From Amphiscolops sp. MND2022 (taxonomy: Eukaryota): 64,000 nt of DNA. The notes beneath the pieces are model-generated. The model saw nothing but the letters and a program-made list of their open reading frames with translations, made no database searches and was not told where the DNA came from. The DNA is taken from positions 98,582,001 through 98,646,000 of the forward strand of contig OZ076409.1 of assembly GCA_964187785.1 (NCBI GenBank). The letters run 5' to 3'. Shown here piece by piece: positions 1-11,235 of the stretch. The first letter of the stretch is position 1. Each line of letters begins with the position of its first letter. The position numbers and the translations under genes were made by a program.

Positions 1-162
1 TTGTATCAAAATGCATTCTAAATTAAGACCTTAAACCATGTAAAAATCAGCAATACGTTCATTATACGATTTGCAACAGCCTGCAATTTCCCTTCCTTAA
101 AAAATAACGGCACTTATGCGACGAAAACTTGACTAAATTCAGCAAATTCATCCATTTTATTC

Positions 163-260
163 AATTTCATAAACTTGTCAACGTCATGTTGACGAGTTTT
201 CTTGGCAGAGTTGAATTTCATAAACTTGTCAACGTCATGTTGACGAGTTTTCTTGGCAGA
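163..260. repeat. Two exact 47-bp direct repeats (163-209, 214-260), each containing a 12-bp hairpin
   Basis: aatttcataaacttgtcaacgtcatgttgacgagttttcttggcaga occurs twice with period 51; stem aaacttgtcaac/gttgacgagttt matches at 11 of 12 positions. Confidence 0.9.
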
Positions 261-1999
261 ATAGAGATTTTGACTAGTTTGACGCAATGCTGACGAGTAT
301 TTTAGAAATGAGTCTCTCGCTAGCTACCGGAGCAGTGACGTCACACTGGCGGTAAATTGGAATGATTTCTAGCAATGCTATCAGTATAGGCGGATAATTG
401 GAATGATTTTCTGGTACGCGTATGCGAGGCAGTGACGTCAATTGGTATGCTTTCAAACTTGTCTGCGTCTTATTGACGACAAATATACATGTACTCTCGT
501 TTCTTTCGCCGCATTGTTTACTCAGCGCAGTATTGACGTCCTAAATCGCTTTAATTGCTGTTCAAAAGAGTAATTAAGCTGTCTTTCTAAGAAAAGGCTT
601 AACTACCACGGTGTGCTGTCTCACTGTAATTTCCCGTTTTAGGTCCAAATGAAATGTAACTTTTCGGGATTAGTTTTGATGTAATTCCATTTAGATTAGC
701 TTATGGTCTCTTTAATCTTGAGGTAGTTTTATTCTAATTTTCAGGTTGTGAATGTTTCATTTGTCGTGGTTGACTCGTCCAGACAAACATGCGTGAAATC
801 ATTTTTGGATTATTTTGCCTCCTTATTTCATTTCCGATCAAATTTGCGCGCGGTAAACGTGTATTTTACATTTCCGGTGTTATTTCATCCAATTTTGCGA
901 GAGCATAAAAATCTAGAACGCGTTCATTAGTTTTATTTGGGATTTTTGCTAGACAAACTATTATTGCGTTTCGAGTCACAGTTTATTTAAATTTAGTTAG
1001 AGTTCGAGTTAATAGCCGAAATACCTTTTCGTGAGTCTTGCGGTGCACCCATGTCCGCGCCCAAAACCAACTCTCCTGCATCCGCAATCCAGTCCGGGAG
1101 CGGACTGTGACAACTGTATTCGTCTTCAGCTCTAAATCCCTTTATAGTAGACTACGATACTCACAGACCAATGGGCCCGGCCTAAATGCGTGCAACTAGA
1201 AGCAATGCTCGTTTGGTTAGAAAAATTGCTTCCAGAATGTTGATATCACCTGCAAACTATTCAACGTTATCTACGATACATGCAAAATCACTTGAAGAAC
1301 AAGGTTCCTTCTGTGATGAGCTTTCATAGCGCGAACAGTTTCTTGATCAAGAATTTTCATCAAAGACGTGACATTTGTAAGGCAAAATACTGACGGTGGT
1401 GTTTTGCAAACTCAGCCCAGTCATGTCAAAACGTTATATACATTTTCCTAATTTTTGCTTTTATACGATTGTTTTTAATCGGCATTATTTTTTTCGACGT
1501 CATCCAAGCCCTCTTGTGAAATTATGGTCTAGGTCTTTGTTTCTTTTTAAAACAACGTAGACTTGCAATTTCCCCAATCACGAAACTTTGGTTTCTCTGC
1601 GCCACTCTTGTTCACCATCAGAAGTATAGTGACACAGTCTTTGACAGTCTTCCCCTTGATATATTGCCTCCTCGCACTTTAGGGACCCTAGTTGAGACTG
1701 CAGGAACTTTTTGCATGCTGCAGGCCTTCATGCAGGGTAATTGTTTATAAAACCTAGAAAATTCAGTGGTAATTCCGAGGGTAAATTATGTAGAATTACA
1801 CTGCAATAAAATTTGAAAATAAATACCACTTCATCACCGACACGATCACTTTATATTTACACTTTGTTTTCTCAACTACTCATCTGATGTGATCACCGCA
1901 TCTCAAATGGCGCGCTAAACATGATGCTAATTTGCAGTTTATTACGTGACTGAAGTCATTTTGCATTAAAATGGCTCCTAAATTGAGAATGATTTACTT

Positions 2000-2930
2000 G
2001 CTTTTAAAATTAGAACTGTGTCTTATTGAAACCTGCCGCAGCGGTTTGCGGCAAAACTTCAATGCTTAAAATTGCCGCCAAAACTTTGATGAATCTTTCA
2101 AGGAGCTTGACAAAAGTCGAATACAACAAGTAAATATTTTCGCATGAAAGTTTCCGTAAGAATTTTAGAAAATCATATTAAAAGTTGCTGGCAACATTAA
2201 AGTACATGCAAAAAGTTCAAGCAGATTCAACAAGGGGACTCCACTGGGAATGGCCTAATAAAAAAACCCGGTTTCATCTGCGTTAAAAACTGATTCATTG
2301 GAAAAAATTTCTGCAACACTTGGAAACCAATTCTGTATCCAATTGTAAGCGGCTTGCTGCATTTTGCTCACCGTGCAGTTTATGAAAATGTATGTTATTC
2401 GTTTCTTGAGGCGCTCCAGACATGCATTGCTCTGTGGGAAATTCTCTTCTAGTTCCTGCAAATATTGAATAGCCTTTTCGAGCACAATTGGTTCATTGAC
2501 TGGAATATTCTTTGTCTGAGCTCTTGCTTAAACCATGTCATCAAAGCCTGCACCGTTTTTAGTCGGCGCATTTTAGTAGAAAATGTGCCCGACTATTACA
2601 GTGGGTAGTTTTTTTTAGACACGAAAGTTCCACTTTTTTTGCAACCAGCTGGAGTTTCACAAAGCCCGAAGGGTCCCCCTTCTAAATTTTGAGCCTTAGA
2701 TATGGCGCCGACTTTGGCCGTTCCCGGCTTGTTTCTTCCAGTGCCGTTTTCTAATGTTTTATTGTTTGAATCGTTTTGTGTATTGCCGAGCAACGAAATT
2801 GGTCTTCTCTTCGTTTCAGTTTTGTAATTGCCGTTCTCTCAATGTTTAATTCTTTCGCGATCTCTTTTAGTGTACGACCCGGTTTCAATGCATCCATATT
2901 TGCTATTTTCGGCCTCAGCGTTAAATCATA
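2000..2930 (-). pseudogene. Decayed pogo/Tigger (CENP-B-like) transposase, interrupted by a HINE-like insert
   Basis: ORF 2255-2485 ends VFNADETGFFY, the first catalytic motif of pogo DDE domains. The minus strand at ~2800-2925 reads LTLRPKIANMDALKPGRTLKEIAKELNIERTAITKLK, resembling a psq-type HTH. Many stops and frameshifts; ends approximate. Confidence 0.7.
2556..2734. mobile_element. Short non-autonomous Helentron/HINE (DINE-1-like) element
   Basis: T-rich ends; subterminal inverted repeats agtcggcgc (2561) and gcgccgact (2705); adjacent partial inverted repeat gtgcccgacta; terminal gttcccggcttgtt. Same family as 37384-37863 and 19157-19462. Confidence 0.6.
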
Positions 2931-3060
2931 AAGCTACAAGACATTGTGTATGTGTTGATATAGGAAAGAAGTCAGGAATTAATAACATCATCTGAAAATG
3001 GTTATTTAATCAAATTGTGAAATGTGATTTTGCGCAAAGCTGAGAAATTATTTTCACTCA

Positions 3061-3570
3061 TGTTGTAATCTAAATAGCTATTTTGGGAGTCTACTGAACT
3101 ATCCTGTTTCTTGTGATTAGAGTTTCTTTGATTAGCATCCATTTTAAAACCATCCATCCGCGATTTTTCGGCTTGTTTTCAACTTCGAGGTTTGCCTGTT
3201 GCCCGTTGGATCGAAGATCCACTTTGTTCTAAACCCGTTTTCTGGCATGCGTAGATCATTCTGCAGAGGTGGGATGACTTTCTCAATTGCAGAGTTTATT
3301 AATTATAAAATTGGTAAAATTGGAGAATTAAGGTTCGTTCTCAATTCATCTAGTTTCTTTGACATTTAACCTGCAGTCTTCCCCTATTGGTTTTTTATTT
3401 CCATGAAGCCCATCGGACTCTGGGTCTACATCTATTTTTCTTTCTTCTGTTTGGTTCTCGTAATCATTTCTTGGGAAATTTCCTAGCATCACGTTCATAT
3501 CCTCTAAGTCGGACATAGCGTCCGACTATCTAGAGCACTTTTCTTCAGCTTTCTAATTTCTAGTAGCATT
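3061..3570 (-). mobile_element. Diverged solo-LTR relic of the long-LTR gypsy family, carrying the decayed LTR-encoded ORF (far boundary beyond 3570 not determined)
   Basis: Minus strand translates TRN*KAEEKCSR*SDAMSDLEDMNVMLG...GEDCR, ...KLDELRTNLNSPI..., ...KVDLRSNGQQ..., ...KMDANQRNSNHKKQDSSVDSQNSYLDYN-a, colinear with the 54432 protein. It ends in ...TACAACA at 3061 with no PBS beyond. Confidence 0.8.
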
Positions 3571-6000
3571 TGCGGGAAATTAATGTTCTTTCAAGAATAT
3601 TTTAAGAAGCGGTTTAGATAACAGTTTCGTATCAGAGTCTTACAGAAAGACGATTGTGAATTGTAAAGGTATCATCAAAGTTATGGTCTCTGACTCAATC
3701 GAGCTATTTTTTGCATTAAAAAGTAGGACCGGAGAAAATGATGTTATACGCGATTTGTTTTTGCATCCGGTTTGTGATTATCCGGTTTCTACAGTATCTA
3801 TGATCTCGATAATTGACGCATGCGTCAAGAATGCGCGAAAAGGTTGCACGGGAGCGTTGAAATTGTCGTTAAAATGCGTCTTACTTTTCCACCCCAATTT
3901 TTGTTATTTAGGCTTTGTTGTGTCGAACTTTAATCTATTTCACCGAAATGCTATACCAGTAATTTCCGCTTGACTTTTCGCTTTGAATGAGCTTCTAGGA
4001 AACATTTTTTCCATCTTCCTTGCCTTAGTGAGGAAATAAATAGGAGCTTCATGAAGTAAATACCCCTGCTGAAATTTAAGGAATCTCAGCCCCCTGTAAT
4101 CAAAGATCTCTAATCCTAATTACTCACTCTTTACCTTTGTCAAAGTTTTTATTACAAAACCGATATTTACATTGTAGGATTGTTTCACCCTTCTTTGAAA
4201 ATTTGGGCAAAAGTAACTTTGAAAATAAAATCAATATAAAAAATGGCAGTTTAAAGAAGTTTATTTCAATATTTAAATTAAATTCTATTATGGGAAAATA
4301 TATTCAAATATTTAAAGGAATGAGGTGGTCTTGCATGCGATAAAAGAGTTATAATCTTGGATGGAAAAACTGCCTCAAAGCAAATAAAGGAAGGATATTG
4401 TTCACAGTCTGTAAATTTGTTCAAAAAAATTAACTTTTCAGCAGTGCGATTCCCATTTCGATGGTTTTTCATGCATTTTTATTTATGGCTTTTCAAACTT
4501 TCCGATACGTGGTTTTTTATCAATAAACCATGCATGTTTCATGGCATGAAGCATGGCATGGCGAGCCATGAACCATGGATGGGAATTGACGACCGGACAA
4601 TCTGGTATGAATACTGATGCCTGGAGAAAATCTCGATCGATCTTTTTTATTTAGGCTCCAGAAAGAGATACTTGATTGGTATATTCTCTCAATTTATGCG
4701 AATCCATGGAAGATCTATGAATCATGGATGACTGACTATTCATGAAAATCTATGACGGACTTCCCAGATCTAAGTTACGGAATTAGCAGAATTTTAGCTA
4801 ATTTTTTTTAAATTGAATTCTTATTTTTCATAGCAAAAACAGATTCAGTTTTGCTTTGTCCATAATCGTTTCTAGTTTCTTCCAAACCCATGTTTTCCAT
4901 CTTTAGAATTTTCCAGACTTGAAAAAAAATCCCCAGTCAGAAATTGATTGCGACTTTCCAAATATAATTGGGAACTCAGCAAAATACTTACATAGATAGC
5001 AGTATAACATTGTTTTGTTTTCTTCAAAAATGTTAAGAACCCTAAAAAAGACATTTTGTGGTTTGTTTTTGCGAGCTTTGATGTATTTTTCTAAATATGT
5101 GACAGCCAAGAAATTTTAGAGATTTCCATTTGATTGTTATCTCAAAATGTCGCTGCCAATTCGTAATATTGACGTAAAAGTGTCGCATTTAGGCTGGGAA
5201 GAAAATAAATTGCGACTACATTTATGCGCCCAAAAAAAACAAACGTTTTGAGAGAAAAGAAATCAAGTCCTAGATTTGAGACAGTGAATGTTTTCTGAAG
5301 TATCTGGTAATTTTCTTTTTTTATCAATTGGCATTTCTGATTGAATTGAAGCCAAAATGGCGTCGGTTGTTTCCAAAATGTTGCGATATTTCTGCCTGTA
5401 AAGCCAATGAAATTGACCAATCACACATCTCCATTGCTCACAAATCAGAAAGTCTCGCCTCAGGAATCGCTGGCAGGGGTCAAAATGATTTCAGCTTCTG
5501 AAACAAGACATTGAATGTGAATGAGTCACAAAAATTAAAAGTATGTTTCAAACCATTAGCAATCATCTTAGGGGGGGGGGTGTGTTTTGCGCAAAAGTCT
5601 TGTTGATTGCACACCCTTCTTTAATTGTGCAAGGTTTTGCAATGTGAAGCATTTTCCTGAAAGACATCTTGTAAGAAACTTGCATTTCCCAGAATTATCT
5701 TCCAAGTTTTGCGTTTTTCTCAACCAGGGACAATTCACAATCCGAATAAGATTCACACTTTTCCCTATGATAGTTTATGATCAAAGTTTAAATTGAAATT
5801 TTTGACGATGTTTCTGCTTTTTAGGAGTCGGAAAAAATTTTCGACTAGTTATGCAATCGTGCTGTTTTTTTTTGTTTTTTTTCTCCCGACCTTTTCATGA
5901 AAATTTCAAATTTCTCAAAAACTGTCCATACGATTTTCACGAAATTTTGCACAGTCATTCTACACCCAAAGGGGCCCCTGCGTGTGCAAAGGCATCAAAA

Positions 6001-9000
6001 TCGTAAGGCTGGGTGAGTGGGGGAATCCCCAAAAATTGTTCTGAGGGATGGGTAGGGCCCCTATCCCGAGATCGAGAACGGAGCTAAATAACAACCATAT
6101 CCAAAATGTAAACTTTTGAGTACGATCTCGAAAACTGTCCGTAGGATTGGGCTGAAACTTTGCACACGTGCACAAATCGATATTCTAAGCACTTTTTTCC
6201 TATGATGTTTGGCCGAAACGATCTTTGGTCATGCCGAAAAACCCTATTTTTACAAGAAAAAACGACTTTTTTCAGTTTTCAGTTTTTTCTCAATCATGAC
6301 CTCATAACTTGTCTCAGAGTTCTCGGAGCGATTCGCCGGAAACAAAGTGAGGAATACAGAAATTTTCAAGAGTTTTTTTTCGAAAAATATGTTTTTTCTA
6401 CCATTTTTGCCCAAATTCTCAAATATACAGTCACAGTGGGTAGTTTCTGCCCAAATTACTGCTCAACAAGACCATTTGGCCTATTTGCGGCATATTTAGC
6501 GTACCAGCATTGCCGGTGAAGAAATATGTGACTTCGAACATTCAAAATGTTTTTTTTTTTTCGACTGGACTTTTTTGTTCAACTTCAGGCCGCCCAAAGG
6601 TAAGAAACTTCCACACAACTTAGATTGCAAGTGGATGGAAGTGGAAAATACTCTGATAGACGAGAAAAATGGGCTATAGAACAACTCTCTATCTTAACCT
6701 GACGTTGACTTATGATGTTTTGGATGTGCGATTGAGAAGTGTTAAAATTGTCAAAAAATGAAAATGGAAGACAAGTCTCATTGAAAACTTATCGATAGAC
6801 GTTCAGTTTAGTGTACCAACACTCATCAATTTTTTTGACGTATCTCAAAAAGTGTTGAAATCTGCATTAAGTATCAGTTAACAAGACATACTCAAGTACA
6901 TTGTCATCTCTCCCCACTGTCGGGGGAGATGAGAATGTACACTTCGAAAGCCAAAACATGCTACCTTCTCAACTTCTTCAACCTCGTCAACCGACACGCA
7001 GAAGACACAAAACTGTTTCCAGTAACTCCATGACTTTTAGCTGTAGGTTCTGTAAAAAAAACCGCAATGGTGATACAAAGAGATCCAAAATTGAATACAT
7101 ATAGTAAACCATGGAAATACTTTGAGAACATCTGTCATCGTGATCAATTTTTCGCAACCCATCCACTGGCCTATCCTGTGAGGACGTGCATTCGTCTTGG
7201 ATGTGAGAAACATAGCCAAAATTAGCCCAAAAATGGCCGAAAAAACAGCCATTTTTCGACTTTTTTTTCGATTTTCTCAAAAGCTGTCCATACGATTCGA
7301 ACGAAATTTTCTACAGTCATTCTACACCATATTAGAGTCCTATATGTGCAATGGTATCAAAATCGTAAGGCTGGGTGAGTGGGGGAATCCCCAAAAATTG
7401 TTCTGAGGGATGGGTAGGGCCCCTATCCCGAGATCGAGGGCGGAGCTAAATAACAACCATATCCAAAATGTAAACTTTTGAGTAGATCTCGAAAATTGTC
7501 CGTAGGATTAGGCTGAAACTTTGCACACGTGCACAAATTGATATTCTAAGCACTTTTTTACCTGACGTTTTGCCGAAAAGATCTTCGGTCATACCGAAAA
7601 ACCCTATTTTTTCAAGAAAAAACGACTTTTTTTAGTTTTCAGTTTTTTCTCAATCATGACCTCATAACTTGTCTCAGATTTCTCGGAGTGACTCGGACGT
7701 GGACCACAAAATTGTTCAACGGTTCATGGGGAGTGTGCAGTGCAATTTTGGCGCAAATCGGATGGAAACAAAGTGAGGAATAGAGAAATTTCCAATAATT
7801 TTTTTCGGAAAAAAGTTTTTTCTACCATTTTTGCCCAAATTTTCAATGATACAGTCACAGTGGGTAGTTTCTGCCCAAATTGCTGCTCAACAAGATCGAT
7901 TGGCCTATTTGCGGCAGTTTTTGCGTACCAGCATTGCCGGTGAAAAAATATGTGACTTCGAACATTCAAAATGTTTTTTTTTCGACTTGACTTTTTTGTT
8001 CAAATTCAGGCCGCCCAAAGGTAAGAAACTTCCACACAACTTAGATTGCAAGTGGATGCATGTGGAAAGTACTCTGATAGACAAGAAAAATGGGCTACAG
8101 AACAACTCTCTATCTTAACCTGACGTTGACTTATAATGTTTTGGATGTGCGATTGAGAAGTGTTGAAATTGTCGAAAAATGAAAATGGAAGACAAGTCTC
8201 ATTGAAAACTTATCGATAGACGTTCAAGAAACCACAGAGCTGTTCAATTGACGTAGTTTAGTGTACCAACACTCATCAATTTTATTGACCTATTTCAAAA
8301 GGTGTTGAAATCTGCATTAAGTATCAGTTAACAAGACATACTCAAGTACATTGTCATCTCTCCCCACTGTCGGGGGAGATGAGAATGTACACTTCGAAAG
8401 CCAAAACATGCTACCTTCTCAACTTCTTCAACCTCGTCAACCGACACGCAGAAGACACAAAACTGTTTCCAGTAACTCCATGACTTTTAGCTGTAGGTTC
8501 TGTAAAAAAAACCGCAATGGTGATACAAAGAGATCCAAAATTGAATACATATAGTAAACCATGGAAATACTTTGAGAACATCTGTCATCGTGATCAATTT
8601 TTCGCAACCCATCCACTGGCCTATCCTGTGAGGACGTGCATTCGTCTTGGATGTGAGAAACATAGCCAAAATTAGCCCAAAAATGGCCGAAAAAACAGCC
8701 ATTTTTCGACTTTTTTTTCGATTTTCTCAAAAGCTGTCCATACGATTCGAACGAAATTTTCTACAGTCATTCTACACCATATTAGAGTCCTATATGTGCA
8801 ATGGTATCAAAATCGTAAGGCTGGGTGAGTGGGGGAATCCCCAAAAATTGTTCTGAGGGATGGGTAGGGCCCCTATCCCGAGATCGAGGGCGGAGCTAAA
8901 TAACAACCATATCCAAAATGTAAACTTTTGAGTAGATCTCGAAAATTGTCCGTAGGATTAGGCTGAAACTTTGCACACGTGCACAAATTGATATTCTAAG

Positions 9001-10463
9001 CACTTTTTTACCTGACGTTTTGCCGAAAAGATCTTCGGTCATACCGAAAAACCCTATTTTTTCAAGAAAAAACGACTTTTTTTAGTTTTCAGTTTTTTCT
9101 CAATCATGACCTCATAACTTGTCTCAGATTTCTCGGAGTGACTCGGACGTGGACCACAAAATTGTTCAACGGTTCATGGGGAGTGTGCAGTGCAATTTTG
9201 GCGCAAATCGGATGGAAACAAAGTGAGGAATAGAGAAATTTCCAATAATTTTTTTCGGAAAAAAGTTTTTTCTACCATTTTTGCCCAAATTTTCAATGAT
9301 ACAGTCACAGTGGGTAGTTTCTGCCCAAATTGCTGCTCAACAAGATCGATTGGCCTATTTGCGGCAGTTTTTGCGTACCAGCATTGCCGGTGAAAAAATA
9401 TGTGACTTCGAACATTCAAAATGTTTTTTTTTCGACTTGACTTTTTTGTTCAAATTCAGGCCGCCCAAAGGTAAGAAACTTCCACACAACTTAGATTGCA
9501 AGTGGATGCATGTGGAAAGTACTCTGATAGACAAGAAAAATGGGCTACAGAACAACTCTCTATCTTAACCTGACGTTGACTTATAATGTTTTGGATGTGC
9601 GATTGAGAAGTGTTGAAATTGTCGAAAAATGAAAATGGAAGACAAGTCTCATTGAAAACTTATCGATAGACGTTCAAGAAACCACAGAGCTGTTCAATTG
9701 ACGTAGTTTAGTGTACCAACACTCATCAATTTTATTGACCTATTTCAAAAGGTGTTGAAATCTGCATTAAGTATCAGTTAACAAGACATACTCAAGTACA
9801 TTGTCATCTCTCCCCACTGTCGGGGGAGATGAGAATGTACACTTCGAAAGCCAAAACATGCTACCTTCTCAACTTCTTCAACCTCGTCAACCGACACGCA
9901 GAAGACACAAAACTGTTTCCAGTAACTCCATGACTTTTAGCTGTAGGTTCTGTAAAAAAAAATCGCGGTGGTGATACTAAGTGATCCAAAAATGAAAACA
10001 AATAGTAAACCATGGAATACTTTAAGAACATCTGTCATCGTGATCAACTTTTCGCACCTATCCACTAGCCTATTCTGTGAGGACGTGCATCCGTCTTGGA
10101 TGTGAGAAACATAGCCAAAATTAGCCCAAAAATGGCGAAAAAACAGCCATTTTTCGACTTTTTTCGTTTTTCTCAAACACTGTCCATACGATTCGAACAA
10201 AATTTTCCACAGTTATTCTATACCATATTAGAGTCCTATATGTGCAATGGCATCAAAATCGTATGGCTGGGATGTGAGAAACATAGCCAAAATTAGCCCA
10301 AAAATGACCAAAAAACAGCCATTTTTCGACTTTTTTCGATTTTCTCAAAAACTGTCCATACGATTCGAACGAAATTTTCTACAGTTATTCTACACCATAT
10401 TAGAGTCCTATATGTGCAATGGTATCAAAATCGTAAGGCTGGGTGAGTGGGGGAATCCCCAAA
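6001..10463. repeat. Tandem array of ~1.45-kb units (starts at 6001, 7363, 8813, stub at 10431)
   Basis: tcgtaaggctgggtgagtgggggaatcccc recurs at each start. Identical ORF translations occur at offset 1450 (6901/8351, 7197/8647, 7724/9174). Unit 1 carries deletions (1362 bp); unit 3 has an extra 172-bp monomer (1618 bp). Confidence 0.95.
10098..10440. repeat. 172-bp satellite-like monomers (two in tandem; other copies at ~7198, ~8648 and inverted at ~10540-10760)
   Basis: ggatgtgagaaacatagccaaaattagcccaaaaatg begins at 10098 and at 10270. Confidence 0.9.
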
Positions 10464-11104
10464 AGATTATGTCTTTTTCTTTCTGACTCGCTCAATTCCC
10501 AGAGACACGATTTTGATGAAATTGCACAAATTAAGTCCTTATATGGTGAAAAATGACTGTAGAAATTTTTGTTCGAATCGCATGGACAGTTTTTGAGAAA
10601 ATCGAAATAAGTCGAAAAATGGCTGTTTTTTGGCCATTTTCGGGCTAATTTTGGCTATGTTTCTCACATCCAGGCCATACGATTTTGATGCCTTTGCACA
10701 CGCAGGGGCCCCTTTGGGTGTAGAATGACTGTGCAAAATTTCGTGAAAATCGTATTGACAGTTTTTGAGAAATTTGGAATTTTCATTGAAAGGTCGGGAG
10801 TTTGCTTAAGGAAAACGATTGCATAAGTTGTCGAAAACTTTTCCGACTCCTAAAAATGAATTCGTGTTCAGTGGAAAGTTGTTTTCTGGTGGCAGAGTTA
10901 GAAAACTACATTTTTGCATGAACAGGAAGTAATTCTTGGAGAACGGAGGAACATTTCAAGAAGTTTTCATGTCACAATCAATAGAAGTTTTTATAAAGCT
11001 TCGTACTAAGGTTGCATAGATCAACAAGACGCCCGCTAAGCACCGGGATATTTTCCGCCCTCTACGCCTTCACCAACTGAGCCGTAGCTATTTTGGGAGG
11101 GGGA

Positions 11105-11235
11105 ATAGGATCTAAAGAATAAGATCTAATTTAGTGAATTTAGATCTTATTCCTTTTAGATCTTATTCCTGCCCTGAAATTTTAGATCTTATTCTCTTTG
11201 ATCTTATTCCCTTTTTTGACTTTAGATATTATTCC
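11105..11235. repeat. Short degenerate array of tagatcttattc with inverted copies (gaataagatcta)
   Basis: Motif occurs about 5 times forward at 11140-11235 and about twice inverted at 11103-11128. Confidence 0.7.

Larger units (their letters stand above)
5818..10856. mobile_element. Foldback-like composite with ~180-190-bp inverted arms (or two opposed HINE-like elements)
   Basis: 5818-6005 (tttttaggagtcggaaaa...catcaaaatcgta) is the inverted repeat of 10678-10856 (tacgattttgatg...ttttccgactcctaaaaa); no TSD seen. Confidence 0.7.

Noticed and set aside
1185..1400. MRATRSNAR... as another LTR-encoded ORF
   Set aside because: Short, contains stops, no alignment to the 54432 protein and no LTR boundary found
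6001..10463. Repeated short ORFs as a gene family or CRISPR-like array
   Set aside because: The ORFs occur on both strands, are F/K-rich and simply follow the tandem repeat; there are no unique spacers or cas genes
11020..11090. tRNA gene on the minus strand (GGCTCAGTTGG)
   Set aside because: A-box-like motif only; no B-box or cloverleaf
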